A stretch of DNA of 64,000 nucleotides from Geobacter sp. (GCA_003574885.1 PJFC01000007.1:71272-135271); one strand, 5' to 3'; counted from the first letter of the stretch, positions 19,172 through 29,894 are shown. Numbers and translations: made by a program. Notes: generated by a model not told the origin, from the letters alone.

Positions 19172-19843
19172 ATGAAAAAAGATATCGCCGCCAAGGGAGC
19201 AATCCTGCAGCGGGATCGCGAAACATACACCATTGCCCCTCACATCCCGGGAGGGATCACCACTACGGACGTCCTGCGCAAGATCTGCGACGTGGCTGAC
19301 AAATACGGCGTTAAGGAGCTGAAGCTCACCTCGGCCCAGCGCATCGCCCTGTTCGGTATCAGGGAAGAAGATCTGGATGCCATCTGGGCCGACCTGGACC
19401 AGCAGCCGGGGGCCGCCATCGGCCTCTGCGTGAGGAGTGTGAGGATCTGCCCCGGCACTACCTGGTGCAAGCGGGGTGTCCAGGATTCTGTTTCCCTGGG
19501 TCTGAAGATCGACGCCATCTACCACGCCATGCAGCTCCCCAACAAGATGAAGATGGGGATTTCCGGCTGCATGGTCTCCTGCGCCGAAACTGCCGTCAAG
19601 GATATCGGCGTGATGGGAACGCCCAAGGGGTGGCGCATACTGGTGGGAGGGAATGCCGGAGCTCGTCCCCGCCTGGGGGAGATGCTCGTGGATAACGTAC
19701 CGGGAGAGGAAGAGGTGCTGGCAATCATCGCCCGTATCGTCGATCTCTACAAGAAGTGGCCCCAGGAGCAGCGACTGGGGAGTATCGTCGAAAAGATCGG
19801 CATTGAGCAGTTCCGGCAGGAGGTGCTCGGAACGGCCGAGTAG
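19172..19843 (+). CDS. small nitrite/sulfite-reductase-like siroheme-[4Fe-4S] domain protein
   Basis: 223 aa with CPGTTWC (Cx5C) and CMVSC (Cx3C), the cluster/siroheme cysteine pattern. Confidence 0.8.
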   Translation: MKKDIAAKGAILQRDRETYTIAPHIPGGITTTDVLRKICDVADKYGVKELKLTSAQRIALFGIREEDLDAIWADLDQQPGAAIGLCVRSVRICPGTTWCKRGVQDSVSLGLKIDAIYHAMQLPNKMKMGISGCMVSCAETAVKDIGVMGTPKGWRILVGGNAGARPRLGEMLVDNVPGEEEVLAIIARIVDLYKKWPQEQRLGSIVEKIGIEQFRQEVLGTAE

Positions 19844-20125
19844 CAGAGTGCCGATGAGGGGAACATTCTGCCCGGATGCGGAAGTTGCAAGGTGTCCCCG
19901 TACGCTGTGGCTCTAAGGTCATTGGGCTACGGCCGGAATCAGGCAATCCGGCCGTTGTACGCTCCATTTCCCCAAGTGCCACAACGCTTCGGAGAAAGTC
20001 GCTCTCTGCGGACCCCTTGCAACTTTCGCTGACTGGTTCATTCTCTCCAACTGACCGAACTATCGAAGAGCGCCACATCGGGGAAAGTGCTTTGCAGCAG
20101 CATGCATTGCCGCTATACTTTGTCC

Positions 20126-21967
20126 ATGCTGGACAGCACCAGAATCGACAATCTGCCATCCGCTCCCGGTGTCTACCTGATGAAGGGGAAAGACGGCCAA
20201 GTGCTTTACGTCGGCAAGGCCCGTGAGCTGAAAAAACGGGTGCGCTCCTACTTCACCGCTGCCCGCGATGCCCGGTACCACATACGCTTTCTCATGGAGC
20301 GGGTTGAGGACATCCAGGTGATCGTCACCGACACCGAAAAAGAAGCACTCATCCTGGAAAACACCCTGATAAAGCAGTACCGCCCCCGCTATAATTTTAA
20401 CCTGCGGGACGACAAGACCTACTTCTCCCTCCGCCTTGACCCGACCGAGGAATTCCCCCGCCTTGGCATCGTGCGCAAAGTCCCCCGGGACGGCGCCCGC
20501 TACTTCGGCCCCTACTCATCGGCCGCTGCTGCCCGAGAGGTTCTGAAGCAGCTTTACAAGATATTTCCCCTCCGCCACTACCCCCTGGAGACATGCCGGC
20601 GCCGCCGGCGACCCTGCCTCTTTTATCAGATCAGACAGTGCTCTGCACCCTGCCACGGGCTCATCTCTCCGGAGGATTACGGGGCACTCGTAGACGGAGC
20701 AGTGCTCTTTCTGTCGGGGAGGAGCAGTGAGCTGGTCCGGCTTTTACGGCAGCGGATGGCAACGGCGGCGGGGAGTGAAGAATACGAGACTGCGGCCCGG
20801 TACCGGGACCTGCTCAATGCCATCCAGGTCACGGTGGAAAAGCAGAAGATGGTAAGCAGCGGCGGTGATACTGACGTCGTGGGATTTCACCGGGAGGGGA
20901 ACCGGATGGAGATCTCCCTCCTCTTCATCCGCGGCGGCAGCCTGATCGGCAACCGGAACTATTCACTCGCCTGGGAACTGGACGATGCCGAAGGGATCGC
21001 CTCATTTCTCAGCGAATACTATGGCGGCGAAGTTGTCATTCCCGATGAACTGCTCGTCCCCCTCCCCCTGCCGGAAAGCGAGGCATTCGCGGAATTTCTG
21101 GGGGAAAAGCGCGGAAAGCGGACAACTGTCACCCGCCCACTCCGCGGTACCAAGCTGGAACTGGTGAAACTTGCAGAGAAGAACGCCACCACCTCTGCAC
21201 GGGAAAAAGAGCAGCGAGCCGCCGATTCCCGGGAAATCCTCACCGCGTTGCAGGAGCATCTTCACCTCCCCAAGCTGCCGCGGCGCATCGAATGCTACGA
21301 CATATCCAATCTCCAGGGGGGAGAAGCGGTGGGAAGCGGGGTCGCCTTCACCGACGGCAAGCCGGACAAAGCCCACTACCGGCGCTATCGCATCAAAAGC
21401 GTCACCGGCGCCAATGACTTCGCCATGCTCCATGAAGTGCTGTCCCGCCGTTTCCGTCGCGCGCAGGAAGGCGCGGAGCTTCCCGACCTCATCATCATCG
21501 ACGGCGGGCCCGGCCAGCTCAACGTACTCACCGCCATACTCCGTGACCTGGGGATTGAAGATGTGGCGGCTGCATCACTGGCCAAGAGCCGGGTTACCCG
21601 GGAGATGGGTGCCACCGAGATCAGCAGGAGCGATGAGCGGATATTCCTCCCCGGCAGGAAGAACCCCGTCGTGCTCCGCCAGAACTCTCCCCCTCTCCTG
21701 CTCCTGGCCCGCATCCGGGACGAGGCGCACCGGTTCGCCATAACCTACCACAAGACCCTCCGCAGCACGACATCACTGACGTCGGGGCTCGATAGGATCC
21801 CGGGGGTCGGCCCTGCCCGCAAAAAGGCGCTCCTCAGGCATTTCGGCAGCCTGAGACAGGTCACGGAAGCAACTGTGGAAGAACTTGCCGTCGTTCCGGG
21901 GGTAACCGGCGAACTGGCAAAGATCATCCATTCAGAACTTGCGGGAAACAAAAAAGGCGGCACCTGA
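20126..21967 (+). CDS. uvrC: excinuclease ABC subunit C
   Basis: GIY-YIG start ([19 protein letters not shown]), UVR domain, and C-terminal HhH ([18 protein letters not shown]). Start at the internal ATG 20126. Confidence 0.95.
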   Translation: MLDSTRIDNLPSAPGVYLMKGKDGQVLYVGKARELKKRVRSYFTAARDARYHIRFLMERVEDIQVIVTDTEKEALILENTLIKQYRPRYNFNLRDDKTYFSLRLDPTEEFPRLGIVRKVPRDGARYFGPYSSAAAAREVLKQLYKIFPLRHYPLETCRRRRRPCLFYQIRQCSAPCHGLISPEDYGALVDGAVLFLSGRSSELVRLLRQRMATAAGSEEYETAARYRDLLNAIQVTVEKQKMVSSGGDTDVVGFHREGNRMEISLLFIRGGSLIGNRNYSLAWELDDAEGIASFLSEYYGGEVVIPDELLVPLPLPESEAFAEFLGEKRGKRTTVTRPLRGTKLELVKLAEKNATTSAREKEQRAADSREILTALQEHLHLPKLPRRIECYDISNLQGGEAVGSGVAFTDGKPDKAHYRRYRIKSVTGANDFAMLHEVLSRRFRRAQEGAELPDLIIIDGGPGQLNVLTAILRDLGIEDVAAASLAKSRVTREMGATEISRSDERIFLPGRKNPVVLRQNSPPLLLLARIRDEAHRFAITYHKTLRSTTSLTSGLDRIPGVGPARKKALLRHFGSLRQVTEATVEELAVVPGVTGELAKIIHSELAGNKKGGT

Positions 21968-21982
21968 CTCGGCGCCGCCTTT
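21953..21982. terminator. hairpin between convergent uvrC and TlpA-like genes
   Basis: aaaggcggc / gccgccttt 9-bp stem overlapping the uvrC stop. The T-run is weak. Confidence 0.4.
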
Positions 21983-22012
21983 CCATTTCTACCATTCCGG
22001 TATCTCCGCAAT

Positions 22013-22525
22013 CTATTCAGCCAGCAATTTCACGATCAGGGTCTCCATCTTCCGGGCGATATCATCGTTGAACCCCTGGAACCGTTCCGCCACAACCCCC
22101 TTCTTGCTGATGATGAAGATGGTCGGTACGGAGCGGAGACCATACTCGGTCTGCAGGTCTTCGTCGGTCAGGGCAACCGGATAGTTGAGCCGTTTGCTGG
22201 CAATGAACTCCTTGACGACCTTGTCCCCCCCCTCATCCACACTCATGCCGAGGACCTGGAGTCCCTGCGTGCCGAACCTGCGGGAGAGATCCTTGAGATG
22301 GGGAATGGAGTCGCGGCAGGGCACGCACCAGGTGGCAAAGAAATCCATGACCAGGACGTATCCCCGGTAGTTGGCAAGGGTCACCGGCTGGCCGGATGTC
22401 GTCGTTACCTTGATGGGAGGGGCCGGATCCCCCTTCTGCAGGATGGCATGGGCTCCAACAGGCGAAAGGAGCACCGCCGCAACCACAAAAGAGATACCGG
22501 GTCTGAAAAGCTTGGTGAATTCCAC
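22013..22525 (-). CDS. TlpA/ResA-family periplasmic thiol:disulfide oxidoreductase
   Basis: FFATWCVPCRDSIPHL thioredoxin-fold CxxC with an N-terminal membrane anchor. I prefer the GTG at 22525, because the track start would overlap trxA. Confidence 0.8.
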   Translation of the reverse strand: MEFTKLFRPGISFVVAAVLLSPVGAHAILQKGDPAPPIKVTTTSGQPVTLANYRGYVLVMDFFATWCVPCRDSIPHLKDLSRRFGTQGLQVLGMSVDEGGDKVVKEFIASKRLNYPVALTDEDLQTEYGLRSVPTIFIISKKGVVAERFQGFNDDIARKMETLIVKLLAE

Positions 22526-22541
22526 GCGGACGGCCTTTCCC

Positions 22542-22871
22542 TTAGATTGCTTTCTTGATGAGCGCTTCCAGTTGGGCCTTGGGAACCGCCCCCACCACCT
22601 GGTCGACCACCTTGCCATCCTTGAACAGGATTACGGTCGGGATGCCGCGAACCCCATACTTGCCGGGAGTTGCCGGATTGTCATCCACGTTCACCTTGCC
22701 GACCTTCACTTTCCCGTCGTATTCTTCGGCAATGGCATCGATCAGGGGTGCAATCGCCTTGCAGGGGGCGCACCAGGTTGCCCAGAAATCGACCAGAACC
22801 GGCACCCCGGCCTGGAGCACTTCAGTGTCGAAATTATCGTCTCCGAATGCTAATACCTTTTCGCTGGCCAT
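22542..22871 (-). CDS. trxA: thioredoxin
   Basis: 109 aa from the internal ATG (MASEKVL...) with the [12 protein letters not shown] motif. Confidence 0.95.
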   Translation of the reverse strand: MASEKVLAFGDDNFDTEVLQAGVPVLVDFWATWCAPCKAIAPLIDAIAEEYDGKVKVGKVNVDDNPATPGKYGVRGIPTVILFKDGKVVDQVVGAVPKAQLEALIKKAI

Positions 22872-23093
22872 ACGCTGTTTCTCCTTTAATCTCATAATAT
22901 GGATTGTCCCAATATTAACCATACGGGGGAAAAATGCAAGGGGTAATTCCCCTCCACCGGCGTAGGCTAAGGCTCTGCAAAACCCGCCTCCAACGTGATA
23001 ATTGATTGACACCCCTGCACCCGGTGATGCTATAAATAATCCACGTACCTGACGGTGAAGCAGTGCGTCACATTACCTTCAAGGAGACAGTCG

Positions 23094-23768
23094 ATGCGGT
23101 ACTACCCGGTCAACCTCGTCCTCACCGGCAGACATGTCGTTATCATAGGCGGAGGCACTGTTGCCGCCCGCAAATGCGAAGGGCTCCTGGCGGCAGGTGC
23201 GAAAGTGACAGTCGTCGCACCGGGCCTCCATCCCGCATTTGCGGAACTTTGCCGGGACGGACGGATCGAACACATTTCACGCGCTTATCATTTCGGCGAC
23301 CTGAATGGCGCATTCCTGGCATTTGCCGCCACCGGCGATGCCGCTGTAAACCGGGCAGTCGCGGATGAGGCAGTAACCCGCGGGATCATGGCCGACATCG
23401 TGGATGCACCGGAAATCTCCACGTTCACCACCCCTGCCACGGTCCGCCGGGGGGACCTCGCCATCACTATCTCCACCGGCGGCAAAAGCCCGGCCCTGGC
23501 CGCCCGGCTCCGGGCAGAACTGGCAGAACAGTTCGGCCCGGAATACGGCACCGCACTTGAAATCCTCGGAGCAATCCGTGAAAAGCTGTTGACGGAAAAG
23601 GGTAACACCGCATACAATAAAGAGCTTTTCAATGCCTTGCTCGACCACGATCTGCCAAAGGCCCTTAAAAACCGGTCCCCCTCCGCACTGGATCAAATTC
23701 TTGCGGATATCTTCGGGCCCGGCTTTACCCTGGCCGAGCTCGGGATACGGGAACGGGAGACCTCATGA
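23094..23768 (+). CDS. sirC: precorrin-2 dehydrogenase / sirohydrochlorin ferrochelatase (CysG N-terminal type)
   Basis: VVIIGGGTVAARKCEGLLAAGAKVTVVAP Rossmann start. AAGGAG RBS before the ATG at 23094. Confidence 0.85.
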   Translation: MRYYPVNLVLTGRHVVIIGGGTVAARKCEGLLAAGAKVTVVAPGLHPAFAELCRDGRIEHISRAYHFGDLNGAFLAFAATGDAAVNRAVADEAVTRGIMADIVDAPEISTFTTPATVRRGDLAITISTGGKSPALAARLRAELAEQFGPEYGTALEILGAIREKLLTEKGNTAYNKELFNALLDHDLPKALKNRSPSALDQILADIFGPGFTLAELGIRERETS

Positions 23769-24580
23769 ACGCCCTGCTCTTCAAACTGACAATGGGAGCC
23801 TATTTTCTGGCCACCCTGCTCTACCTCGTCTACCTCATCAAGCCTCGCCCGACACTTGGCCGCATCTCACACTGGGTAATCTCCGGCGGCCTCGTCATTC
23901 ACTGCATGTTCACCCTCGACCGGTACCTGGAGGCAGGGCACACTCCCATCACCAACCTCCACGAGTCCCTCTCCTTCTTCAGCCTGGCCATAGTCGGCAT
24001 GTTCATCGCCTTCGAACGCAAATTCAAGATATCCATCCTCGGCTCCTTCGTCACCCCGCTGGCGCTGGTCATTCTGGGCATCTCAGCCCTCTTCCCGAGC
24101 GCCATCGCCCCCCTCAACCCCGCGCTGAAGAGCAAATGGCTGATGCTTCATACCTCCATGGCCTTTTTCGGCTACGCCGCTTTCGCCGTGGCATTCGGTG
24201 CCGCCATCATGTACCTGATCCAGGAACATTTCCTGAAGAACAAGAGGCTCGGCCCCCTGTACCAGAAGCTCCCCTCCCTGGACACCCTGGACGAGATCAA
24301 CTACCGCTGCCTCACCTTCGGCTTCCCCCTCCTCACCTTTGCCATCATCTCCGGGGCCATCTGGGCTGAAACGGCGTGGGGAACGTACTGGAGCTGGGAT
24401 CCCAAGGAAACCTGGTCCCTCATAACCTGGTTCATCTACGCCGCCCTGCTCCACGGCAGGCTCACCACCGGCTGGCGCGGCCGGCGGGCAGCCATCCTGG
24501 CAATAATCGGATTTTTCGTCATGCTGTTCACCTTCCTCGGGGTTAACCTGCTTCTCCCCGGGCTGCACAGCTATAAGTAG
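23765..24580 (+). CDS. cytochrome c assembly protein, CcsA/HemX-like haem-handling membrane protein
   Basis: 271 aa, polytopic, with the [18 protein letters not shown] motif. 4-nt overlap with sirC. Confidence 0.8.
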   Translation: MNALLFKLTMGAYFLATLLYLVYLIKPRPTLGRISHWVISGGLVIHCMFTLDRYLEAGHTPITNLHESLSFFSLAIVGMFIAFERKFKISILGSFVTPLALVILGISALFPSAIAPLNPALKSKWLMLHTSMAFFGYAAFAVAFGAAIMYLIQEHFLKNKRLGPLYQKLPSLDTLDEINYRCLTFGFPLLTFAIISGAIWAETAWGTYWSWDPKETWSLITWFIYAALLHGRLTTGWRGRRAAILAIIGFFVMLFTFLGVNLLLPGLHSYK

Positions 24581-24593
24581 AGGCAATCACGTT

Positions 24594-25904
24594 ATGAACA
24601 TCGTCGTCGTGGGACTGTCCCACAAAACCGCCACCGTGGAAATCCGGGAAAAAGTGGCATTCGCCCCGACCCACATGGAGAAGCCGCTCAGGGAACTGGT
24701 GGCCCTGGAAGACATCCAGGAAGGGATAATCGTCTCAACCTGCAACCGTGTAGAGATCTACGTCACGACCCGGGATATTGCCGGCGGCATATCTCGCATC
24801 AAGCGCTTCCTGGCCGATTACCACCACATTCCCCTGGAAACACTGGAGACCCACCTCTACAGTTACCATGGCGAAGCCGCCATTCGCCACGTCTTCCGGG
24901 TCGCAGCCAGCCTCGACTCCATGGTAGTGGGGGAACCCCAGATCCTCGGCCAGATCAAGACCTCTTACGGCTACGCCGCCGAGTACAAGAGTTCCGGCAT
25001 CATCCTCAACCGCTTCCTCCACAAGGCATTCTCCGTGGCAAAGAGGGTCCGCACCGAGACGAAAATCGCATCCTCAGCCGTCTCGGTCTCCTTCGCCGCC
25101 GTGGAACTGGCCAAAAAGATTTTCGGCGACCTGTCGGACAAGACCGTCATGCTCATCGGCGCCGGCGAGATGTGTGAACTGGCAGCCAAGCACTTCCTCA
25201 ACAACGGCGTGCGCGGCGTCATGGTCACCAACAGGACCTACGAAAAGGCCGTGAAGTTGGCCGAAGAGTTCGACGGCAAGGCGGTCAACTTCGAAGAGCT
25301 GTTCGACCATCTCCACAAGGCAGATATCATCCTCTCCTCCACCGGCGCCCCCCATCACATCATCGGGCCGAAGGACGTGGAAGAGGTGATCCGCCGCCGC
25401 CGGCAGAAGCCGATGTTCTTCATCGATATCGCGGTGCCGCGGGACATCGATTCCCGGGTCAACAAGGTCCCCAACGTTTACCTCTACGACATGGACGACC
25501 TCCAGGGGGTGGTGGCCACCAACCTGGAACAGCGGAACAGGGAAGCCCAGAAGGCCGAGGCCATCATCGACCAGGAGATCGGTCAGTTCTTCAAATGGCT
25601 CTCTACCCTCGACGCCACCCCGACCATCGTTGCGCTCCGGGGAAGGTTCGAGGAGGTGCGACGGGCAGAACTGGAGAAGACCCTTGCCAACTGGAAGGAT
25701 ATCGAACCGGAAGAGCAGAAGAGACTTGAGGCGTGCACCGCCGCCATCGTCAACAAGCTCCTCCACCAGCCGACCAGCCTTCTCAAGCGGACCGGCCAGG
25801 GTGGACGCACCGACCTCTACGTGGACGCCCTCCGCAACCTGTTCGACCTGGAAGTGGCAGGGCAGACAACAGAAACAGAGGAGCTGGGAGAATTGGAAGA
25901 ATAA
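24594..25904 (+). CDS. hemA: glutamyl-tRNA reductase
   Basis: [29 protein letters not shown] and GAGEM motifs. Confidence 0.95.
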   Translation: MNIVVVGLSHKTATVEIREKVAFAPTHMEKPLRELVALEDIQEGIIVSTCNRVEIYVTTRDIAGGISRIKRFLADYHHIPLETLETHLYSYHGEAAIRHVFRVAASLDSMVVGEPQILGQIKTSYGYAAEYKSSGIILNRFLHKAFSVAKRVRTETKIASSAVSVSFAAVELAKKIFGDLSDKTVMLIGAGEMCELAAKHFLNNGVRGVMVTNRTYEKAVKLAEEFDGKAVNFEELFDHLHKADIILSSTGAPHHIIGPKDVEEVIRRRRQKPMFFIDIAVPRDIDSRVNKVPNVYLYDMDDLQGVVATNLEQRNREAQKAEAIIDQEIGQFFKWLSTLDATPTIVALRGRFEEVRRAELEKTLANWKDIEPEEQKRLEACTAAIVNKLLHQPTSLLKRTGQGGRTDLYVDALRNLFDLEVAGQTTETEELGELEE

Positions 25905-25911
25905 ACTGGAA

Positions 25912-25984
25912 TTAACAGGGATATTCAGGATAGCCACATAGATCCCAATACTCTGTAAATGCGCATGGTGAATATCCCTGTTAA
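25912..25984. repeat. 16-bp perfect inverted repeat with 41-nt loop in the hemA-hemC spacer
   Basis: ttaacagggatattca (25912-25927) versus tgaatatccctgttaa (25969-25984). Confidence 0.65.
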
Positions 25985-26018
25985 CTATGATTTAATTTTT
26001 GCTCAAAGGAGATAGTAC

Positions 26019-26975
26019 ATGGCACCGAAGCAGTTACGCATAGGAACCCGCGCCAGTCAGCTGGCGCTCTGGCAGGCAAACTGGGTGAAGTCGGAACTGG
26101 AGAAGCGCTACCCTGGCATGGCGGTGGAACTGGTGAAGATCAAAACCATAGGGGACAAGATCCTCGATGTTCCCCTGGCCCAGGTGGGTGGCAAGGGGCT
26201 GTTCGTCAAGGAGATCGAAGAGGCGATGCTGCGCGGCGACATCGACATCGCGGTGCACAGCATGAAGGACGTGCCGACCGAATTCCCCGAAGGACTCGGG
26301 CTTTACTGCATCACCGAGCGGGAAGACCCGCGCGACGCCGTCATCTCCCGCGGTGTCAAGTTTGCCGACCTGCCGAAGGGTGCGCGCATCGGCACTTCGG
26401 CGCTGCGGCGCCAGGCACAGCTCCTCAAGGTCCGCCCCGACCTGGAGATGGTCATCATCCGGGGGAATGTGGAAACCCGCATCCGGAAGCTGGAAGAGGA
26501 CAAGCTCGACGCGGTCATCCTCGCCGCCGCAGGTCTCAAGCGTCTCGGCTACACCGACAAGGTGGCCGAATACCTGAATACCGACCTCTCCATCCCGGCC
26601 ATCGGCCAGGGTGCTCTCGGCATCGAATGCCGACTCGACGATGAGGAGATCAAGTCAACCATCGCCTTCTTCAACCACCCGGACACAAGCCATGCGGTAC
26701 GGGCCGAACGGGCTCTCCTCTGGCGCTGCGAAGGTGGATGCCAGGTTCCCATCGCCGCCCACGGTGTAGTGACCGGCGGAGAGGTCGTCCTTACCGGCTT
26801 TGTCGCCTCGGTGGACGGCAAGCAGTCAGTGCGGGGAACCATCAGCGGCCCGGCGGACCAGTGCGAAAAACTGGGAATCACCCTCGCCGAGCAGCTCCTG
26901 AAGGACGGCGCCCACGCCATCCTGGCCGAGGTGTATCAGCGGGAAGTGTCGCGGGACAAGGAAATCCCGGTTTAA
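26019..26975 (+). CDS. hemC: hydroxymethylbilane synthase (porphobilinogen deaminase)
   Basis: LRIGTRASQLALWQA start and the IGTSALRRQAQL motif. Confidence 0.95.
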   Translation: MAPKQLRIGTRASQLALWQANWVKSELEKRYPGMAVELVKIKTIGDKILDVPLAQVGGKGLFVKEIEEAMLRGDIDIAVHSMKDVPTEFPEGLGLYCITEREDPRDAVISRGVKFADLPKGARIGTSALRRQAQLLKVRPDLEMVIIRGNVETRIRKLEEDKLDAVILAAAGLKRLGYTDKVAEYLNTDLSIPAIGQGALGIECRLDDEEIKSTIAFFNHPDTSHAVRAERALLWRCEGGCQVPIAAHGVVTGGEVVLTGFVASVDGKQSVRGTISGPADQCEKLGITLAEQLLKDGAHAILAEVYQREVSRDKEIPV

Positions 26976-26990
26976 TCTTTATTCAATGCC

Positions 26991-27086
26991 TTAACCACAG
27001 AGGGCACAGAGGAATACAGGGGAAATCAAGACAAAGCTTTTGTTTTTGCCTTCCCTCAGACTTCCCTCTGTGTCCTCTGTAGTTAA
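26991..27086. repeat. 96-bp MITE-like element: 22-nt terminal inverted repeats (20/22 match) flanked by direct ATGCC
   Basis: ttaaccacagagggcacagagg versus cctctgtgtcctctgtagttaa. ATGCC sits at 26986-26990 and again at 27087-27091. Each arm contains a tandem CACAGAGG. Confidence 0.5.
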
Positions 27087-28649
27087 ATGCCTTTTGTAAG
27101 TGAATCCATGCCCACTACTTCACACCATAACGGTTTCGTCTACCTCATCGGCGCCGGTCCCGGCGACCCGGGACTTATCACCGTCCGGGGACGGGAGTGC
27201 ATCGGCCAGGCCGAGGTGATCCTCTACGACTACCTGGCTAACGAGGAACTGCTTCGCCATGCCCGGCAAGATGCAGAGTTGATCTACGCCGGCAAGGTGG
27301 GGGGGGCACACAACCGTGAGCAGTCGCAGATCAATGAACTCCTTGTCCAGAAGGCTCTTGAAGGAAAGGTTGTAGCCCGGCTCAAGGGGGGAGACCCCTT
27401 CGTCTTCGGCCGGGGAGGGGAAGAGTGCGAGGCGCTGGTCGCCCACCGAATCCCCTTCGAAATCATCCCCGGCGTCACTGCCGGCATCGGCGCCGCCTCC
27501 TACGCCGGCATCCCCCTCACCCACCGCGACTTCACCACCTCCGTTGCCTTCGTCACCGGCCACGAAGGGCGCGACAAGGACGTTTCCACCATCGACTGGG
27601 AGCGGCTCTCCCTTGGGAGCGGCACCATCGTCTTCTACATGGGGATCAAGAACCTCCCCCAGATCACGGCAAGTCTCATGGACCACGGCCGGGCACCGGA
27701 GACGCCGGTGGCACTCATCCGCTGGGGGACCAGGCCGGACCAGGAGGTCCTCATCGGAACCCTGGCCGATATCGCCGGGAAGGCCCGCAAAACCGGCTTC
27801 AAGGCACCGGCCATCACCGTGGTGGGAGAAGTGGTGACCCTGCGGGAGAAACTCCGCTGGTTCGACAACCGCCCCCTCTTCGGCAGGACGGTCCTGGTCA
27901 CCCGGGCCGCCGATCAGGCGGGGGAATTTTCCCGGCTACTGGAAGCCAGAGGAGCCAGGGTACTGGAATGTCCCACCATCCGGATCGCCCCGCCGGAAAG
28001 CTTTACCGGGCTTGATGATGCTATTGCCCGCCTGGCGGATTTCCACTGGCTGGTTTTCACTTCCGGCAACGCAGTCACCGCCTTTTTCGACCGCCTGCAG
28101 GGGCTGGGTTTTGACAGCCGGGCCATCGGCCCCTGTAAGGTCTGCGCCGTAGGACCAAAGACCGCCGAGCAGCTCCAGGCCCATGGTGTCAGAGCCGATC
28201 TGATCCCGGAGGACTACAAGGGGGAAGGAGTCGTCGCCGCCTTCGCAGACCGGGATATCCGCGGCCTGCAGATTCTCTTCCCCAAAGGGGACCGCGCCCG
28301 GGACGTCATTCCGGCCGGCCTTCGGCAGCAGGGGGCCAAGGTCGCGACACCGGTCGCCTACCGCAATCTGGCTCCGGACAGCGTTCCCCTGCCTGTTCTT
28401 ACGGCCCTGGAAGAGCGCCGGGTGGATTGTGTCACCTTCACCGCCTCATCCACCGCCAGCAATCTGGCCGACCTTCTGGGGGAAAACCGTTTCCTGAAGC
28501 TGCTGGGAGGGATTACGGTTGCCTCGATCGGTCCGATCACCTCACGCACTTGCCGCGAACTCGGTCTGGAGGTTGATATCGAGCCGGGCGAATATACCCT
28601 TGCAGCTTTGACCTCTGAAATTGTAGACTACTATACTTCCCGGATTTGA
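27087..28649 (+). CDS. cobA-hemD: uroporphyrinogen-III C-methyltransferase / uroporphyrinogen-III synthase fusion
   Basis: The YLIGAGPGDPGLITVRG SUMT motif is followed by a HemD-like C-terminal half (LVTRAADQAGEF...). The start may instead be the ATG at 27108, because 27087 lies in the duplicated ATGCC. Confidence 0.9.
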   Translation: MPFVSESMPTTSHHNGFVYLIGAGPGDPGLITVRGRECIGQAEVILYDYLANEELLRHARQDAELIYAGKVGGAHNREQSQINELLVQKALEGKVVARLKGGDPFVFGRGGEECEALVAHRIPFEIIPGVTAGIGAASYAGIPLTHRDFTTSVAFVTGHEGRDKDVSTIDWERLSLGSGTIVFYMGIKNLPQITASLMDHGRAPETPVALIRWGTRPDQEVLIGTLADIAGKARKTGFKAPAITVVGEVVTLREKLRWFDNRPLFGRTVLVTRAADQAGEFSRLLEARGARVLECPTIRIAPPESFTGLDDAIARLADFHWLVFTSGNAVTAFFDRLQGLGFDSRAIGPCKVCAVGPKTAEQLQAHGVRADLIPEDYKGEGVVAAFADRDIRGLQILFPKGDRARDVIPAGLRQQGAKVATPVAYRNLAPDSVPLPVLTALEERRVDCVTFTASSTASNLADLLGENRFLKLLGGITVASIGPITSRTCRELGLEVDIEPGEYTLAALTSEIVDYYTSRI

Positions 28650-28685
28650 TTCGCAGAATACACGCTACGCACAAGGAGACTCCGC

Positions 28686-29699
28686 ATGTTCTATCCCCAG
28701 TTTCGTGCCCGCCGCATCAGGGGCAAAGAAGTGTTCCGCCGGATGGTCAGCGAGACCACCCTCTCCGCCAACGATCTGATCTATCCCATGTTCTCCGCCT
28801 TCGGCAAGGGGATCAGGAAAGAAATTTCCTCCATGCCCGGCATCTACCAGCAGTCCATTGAGCATATCGTCGCCGAGGCCCAGGAGGTGCATGAGCTGGG
28901 CGTACCCGCGGTGATCCTCTTCGGCATCCCTGAGACGAAGGACGCGGTGGGAAGCGACGCCTACGCCGAGCACGGCATCATCCAGGAGACCATCCGGGCA
29001 CTGAAGAAAGAGGTGCCGGGGCTGGCGGTCATCACCGACGTCTGCATGTGCGAATACACCGACCACGGCCACTGCGGCATCATCAAGGACGGCGACGTGG
29101 AAAACGACGCAACCCTGGAGCTCCTTGCGAAGGAGGCCCTGTCCCACGCCCGGGCCGGCGCCGACATGGTCGCCCCTTCGGACATGATGGACGGCCGGGT
29201 CATGGCGATCCGGGAGATCCTGGACGAGAACGGCTTCGGCAACCTGCCGATCATGAGCTATGCCGTCAAATACGCCTCCGGCTACTACGGCCCGTTCCGT
29301 GAGGCGGCTGAGTCCACCCCCGCGTTCGGCGACCGCCGCTCCTACCAGATGGACCCGGGTAACCGCCGCGAGGCGCTCCGGGAGGCACGGATGGACTGTG
29401 AGGAAGGGGCGGACATCCTCATGGTCAAGCCGGGGCTCCCCTACCTGGACATCCTGCGTGATCTCCGGAACGAGTTCGACCTCCCCCTGGCGGTCTACAA
29501 CGTCTCCGGCGAGTACAGCATGGTGAAGGCCGCCGCCAACATGGGGTGGATCGACGAAGATCGTGTGGTGATGGAGACCATGCTCGGCTTCAAACGGGCC
29601 GGTGCCGACATCATCCTTACCTACCACGCCAAGGATGTGGCGCGGCTCATTCGCAAGGGGTATGAGCTTGCCCTCTCTACCGGTTGCGGCTGTCCGTAG
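28686..29699 (+). CDS. hemB: porphobilinogen synthase (delta-aminolevulinate dehydratase)
   Basis: 337 aa with [14 protein letters not shown] (Zn-type Cys cluster), the active-site lysine context MVKPG, and a short CGCP tail. Confidence 0.95.
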   Translation: MFYPQFRARRIRGKEVFRRMVSETTLSANDLIYPMFSAFGKGIRKEISSMPGIYQQSIEHIVAEAQEVHELGVPAVILFGIPETKDAVGSDAYAEHGIIQETIRALKKEVPGLAVITDVCMCEYTDHGHCGIIKDGDVENDATLELLAKEALSHARAGADMVAPSDMMDGRVMAIREILDENGFGNLPIMSYAVKYASGYYGPFREAAESTPAFGDRRSYQMDPGNRREALREARMDCEEGADILMVKPGLPYLDILRDLRNEFDLPLAVYNVSGEYSMVKAAANMGWIDEDRVVMETMLGFKRAGADIILTYHAKDVARLIRKGYELALSTGCGCP

Positions 29700-29726
29700 C
29701 CAGATACCCCCCACGCAAAGGAACGG

Positions 29727-29775
29727 AAGCCCCTCCCTGTCTGAATGTCACCGGGAGGGGCTTTTTTGTTTTTAA
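29727..29775 (+). terminator. intrinsic terminator after hemB
   Basis: aagcccctccc / gggaggggctt stem followed by TTTTTTGTTTTT. Confidence 0.8.
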
Positions 29776-29803
29776 CCGAGCGAAACCTGCCCGCCAGGCT
29801 TGA

Positions 29804-29818
29804 TGGCACATTCACCGC
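29804..29818 (+). promoter_or_regulatory. weak sigma54-type -24/-12 match (TGGCAC-N5-CCGC)
   Basis: tggcacattcaccgc lies 77 nt upstream of the aminotransferase ATG. GG and GC are spaced correctly, but the -12 TTGC is degenerate. Confidence 0.25.
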
Positions 29819-29894
29819 TTCAACGGCTGCCGATTGACTCAGGAACGGGAATGCACTAATCTGTAAAGAAGATCACCCCCGACACGGAGCCGCC

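Noticed and set aside
19876-20226. 116-aa plus-strand ORF and 144-aa minus-strand ORF covering the spacer upstream of uvrC
   Set aside because: No RBS, Arg/Ser/Pro-rich composition, and overlap with the uvrC start. The region is better explained as structured non-coding sequence.
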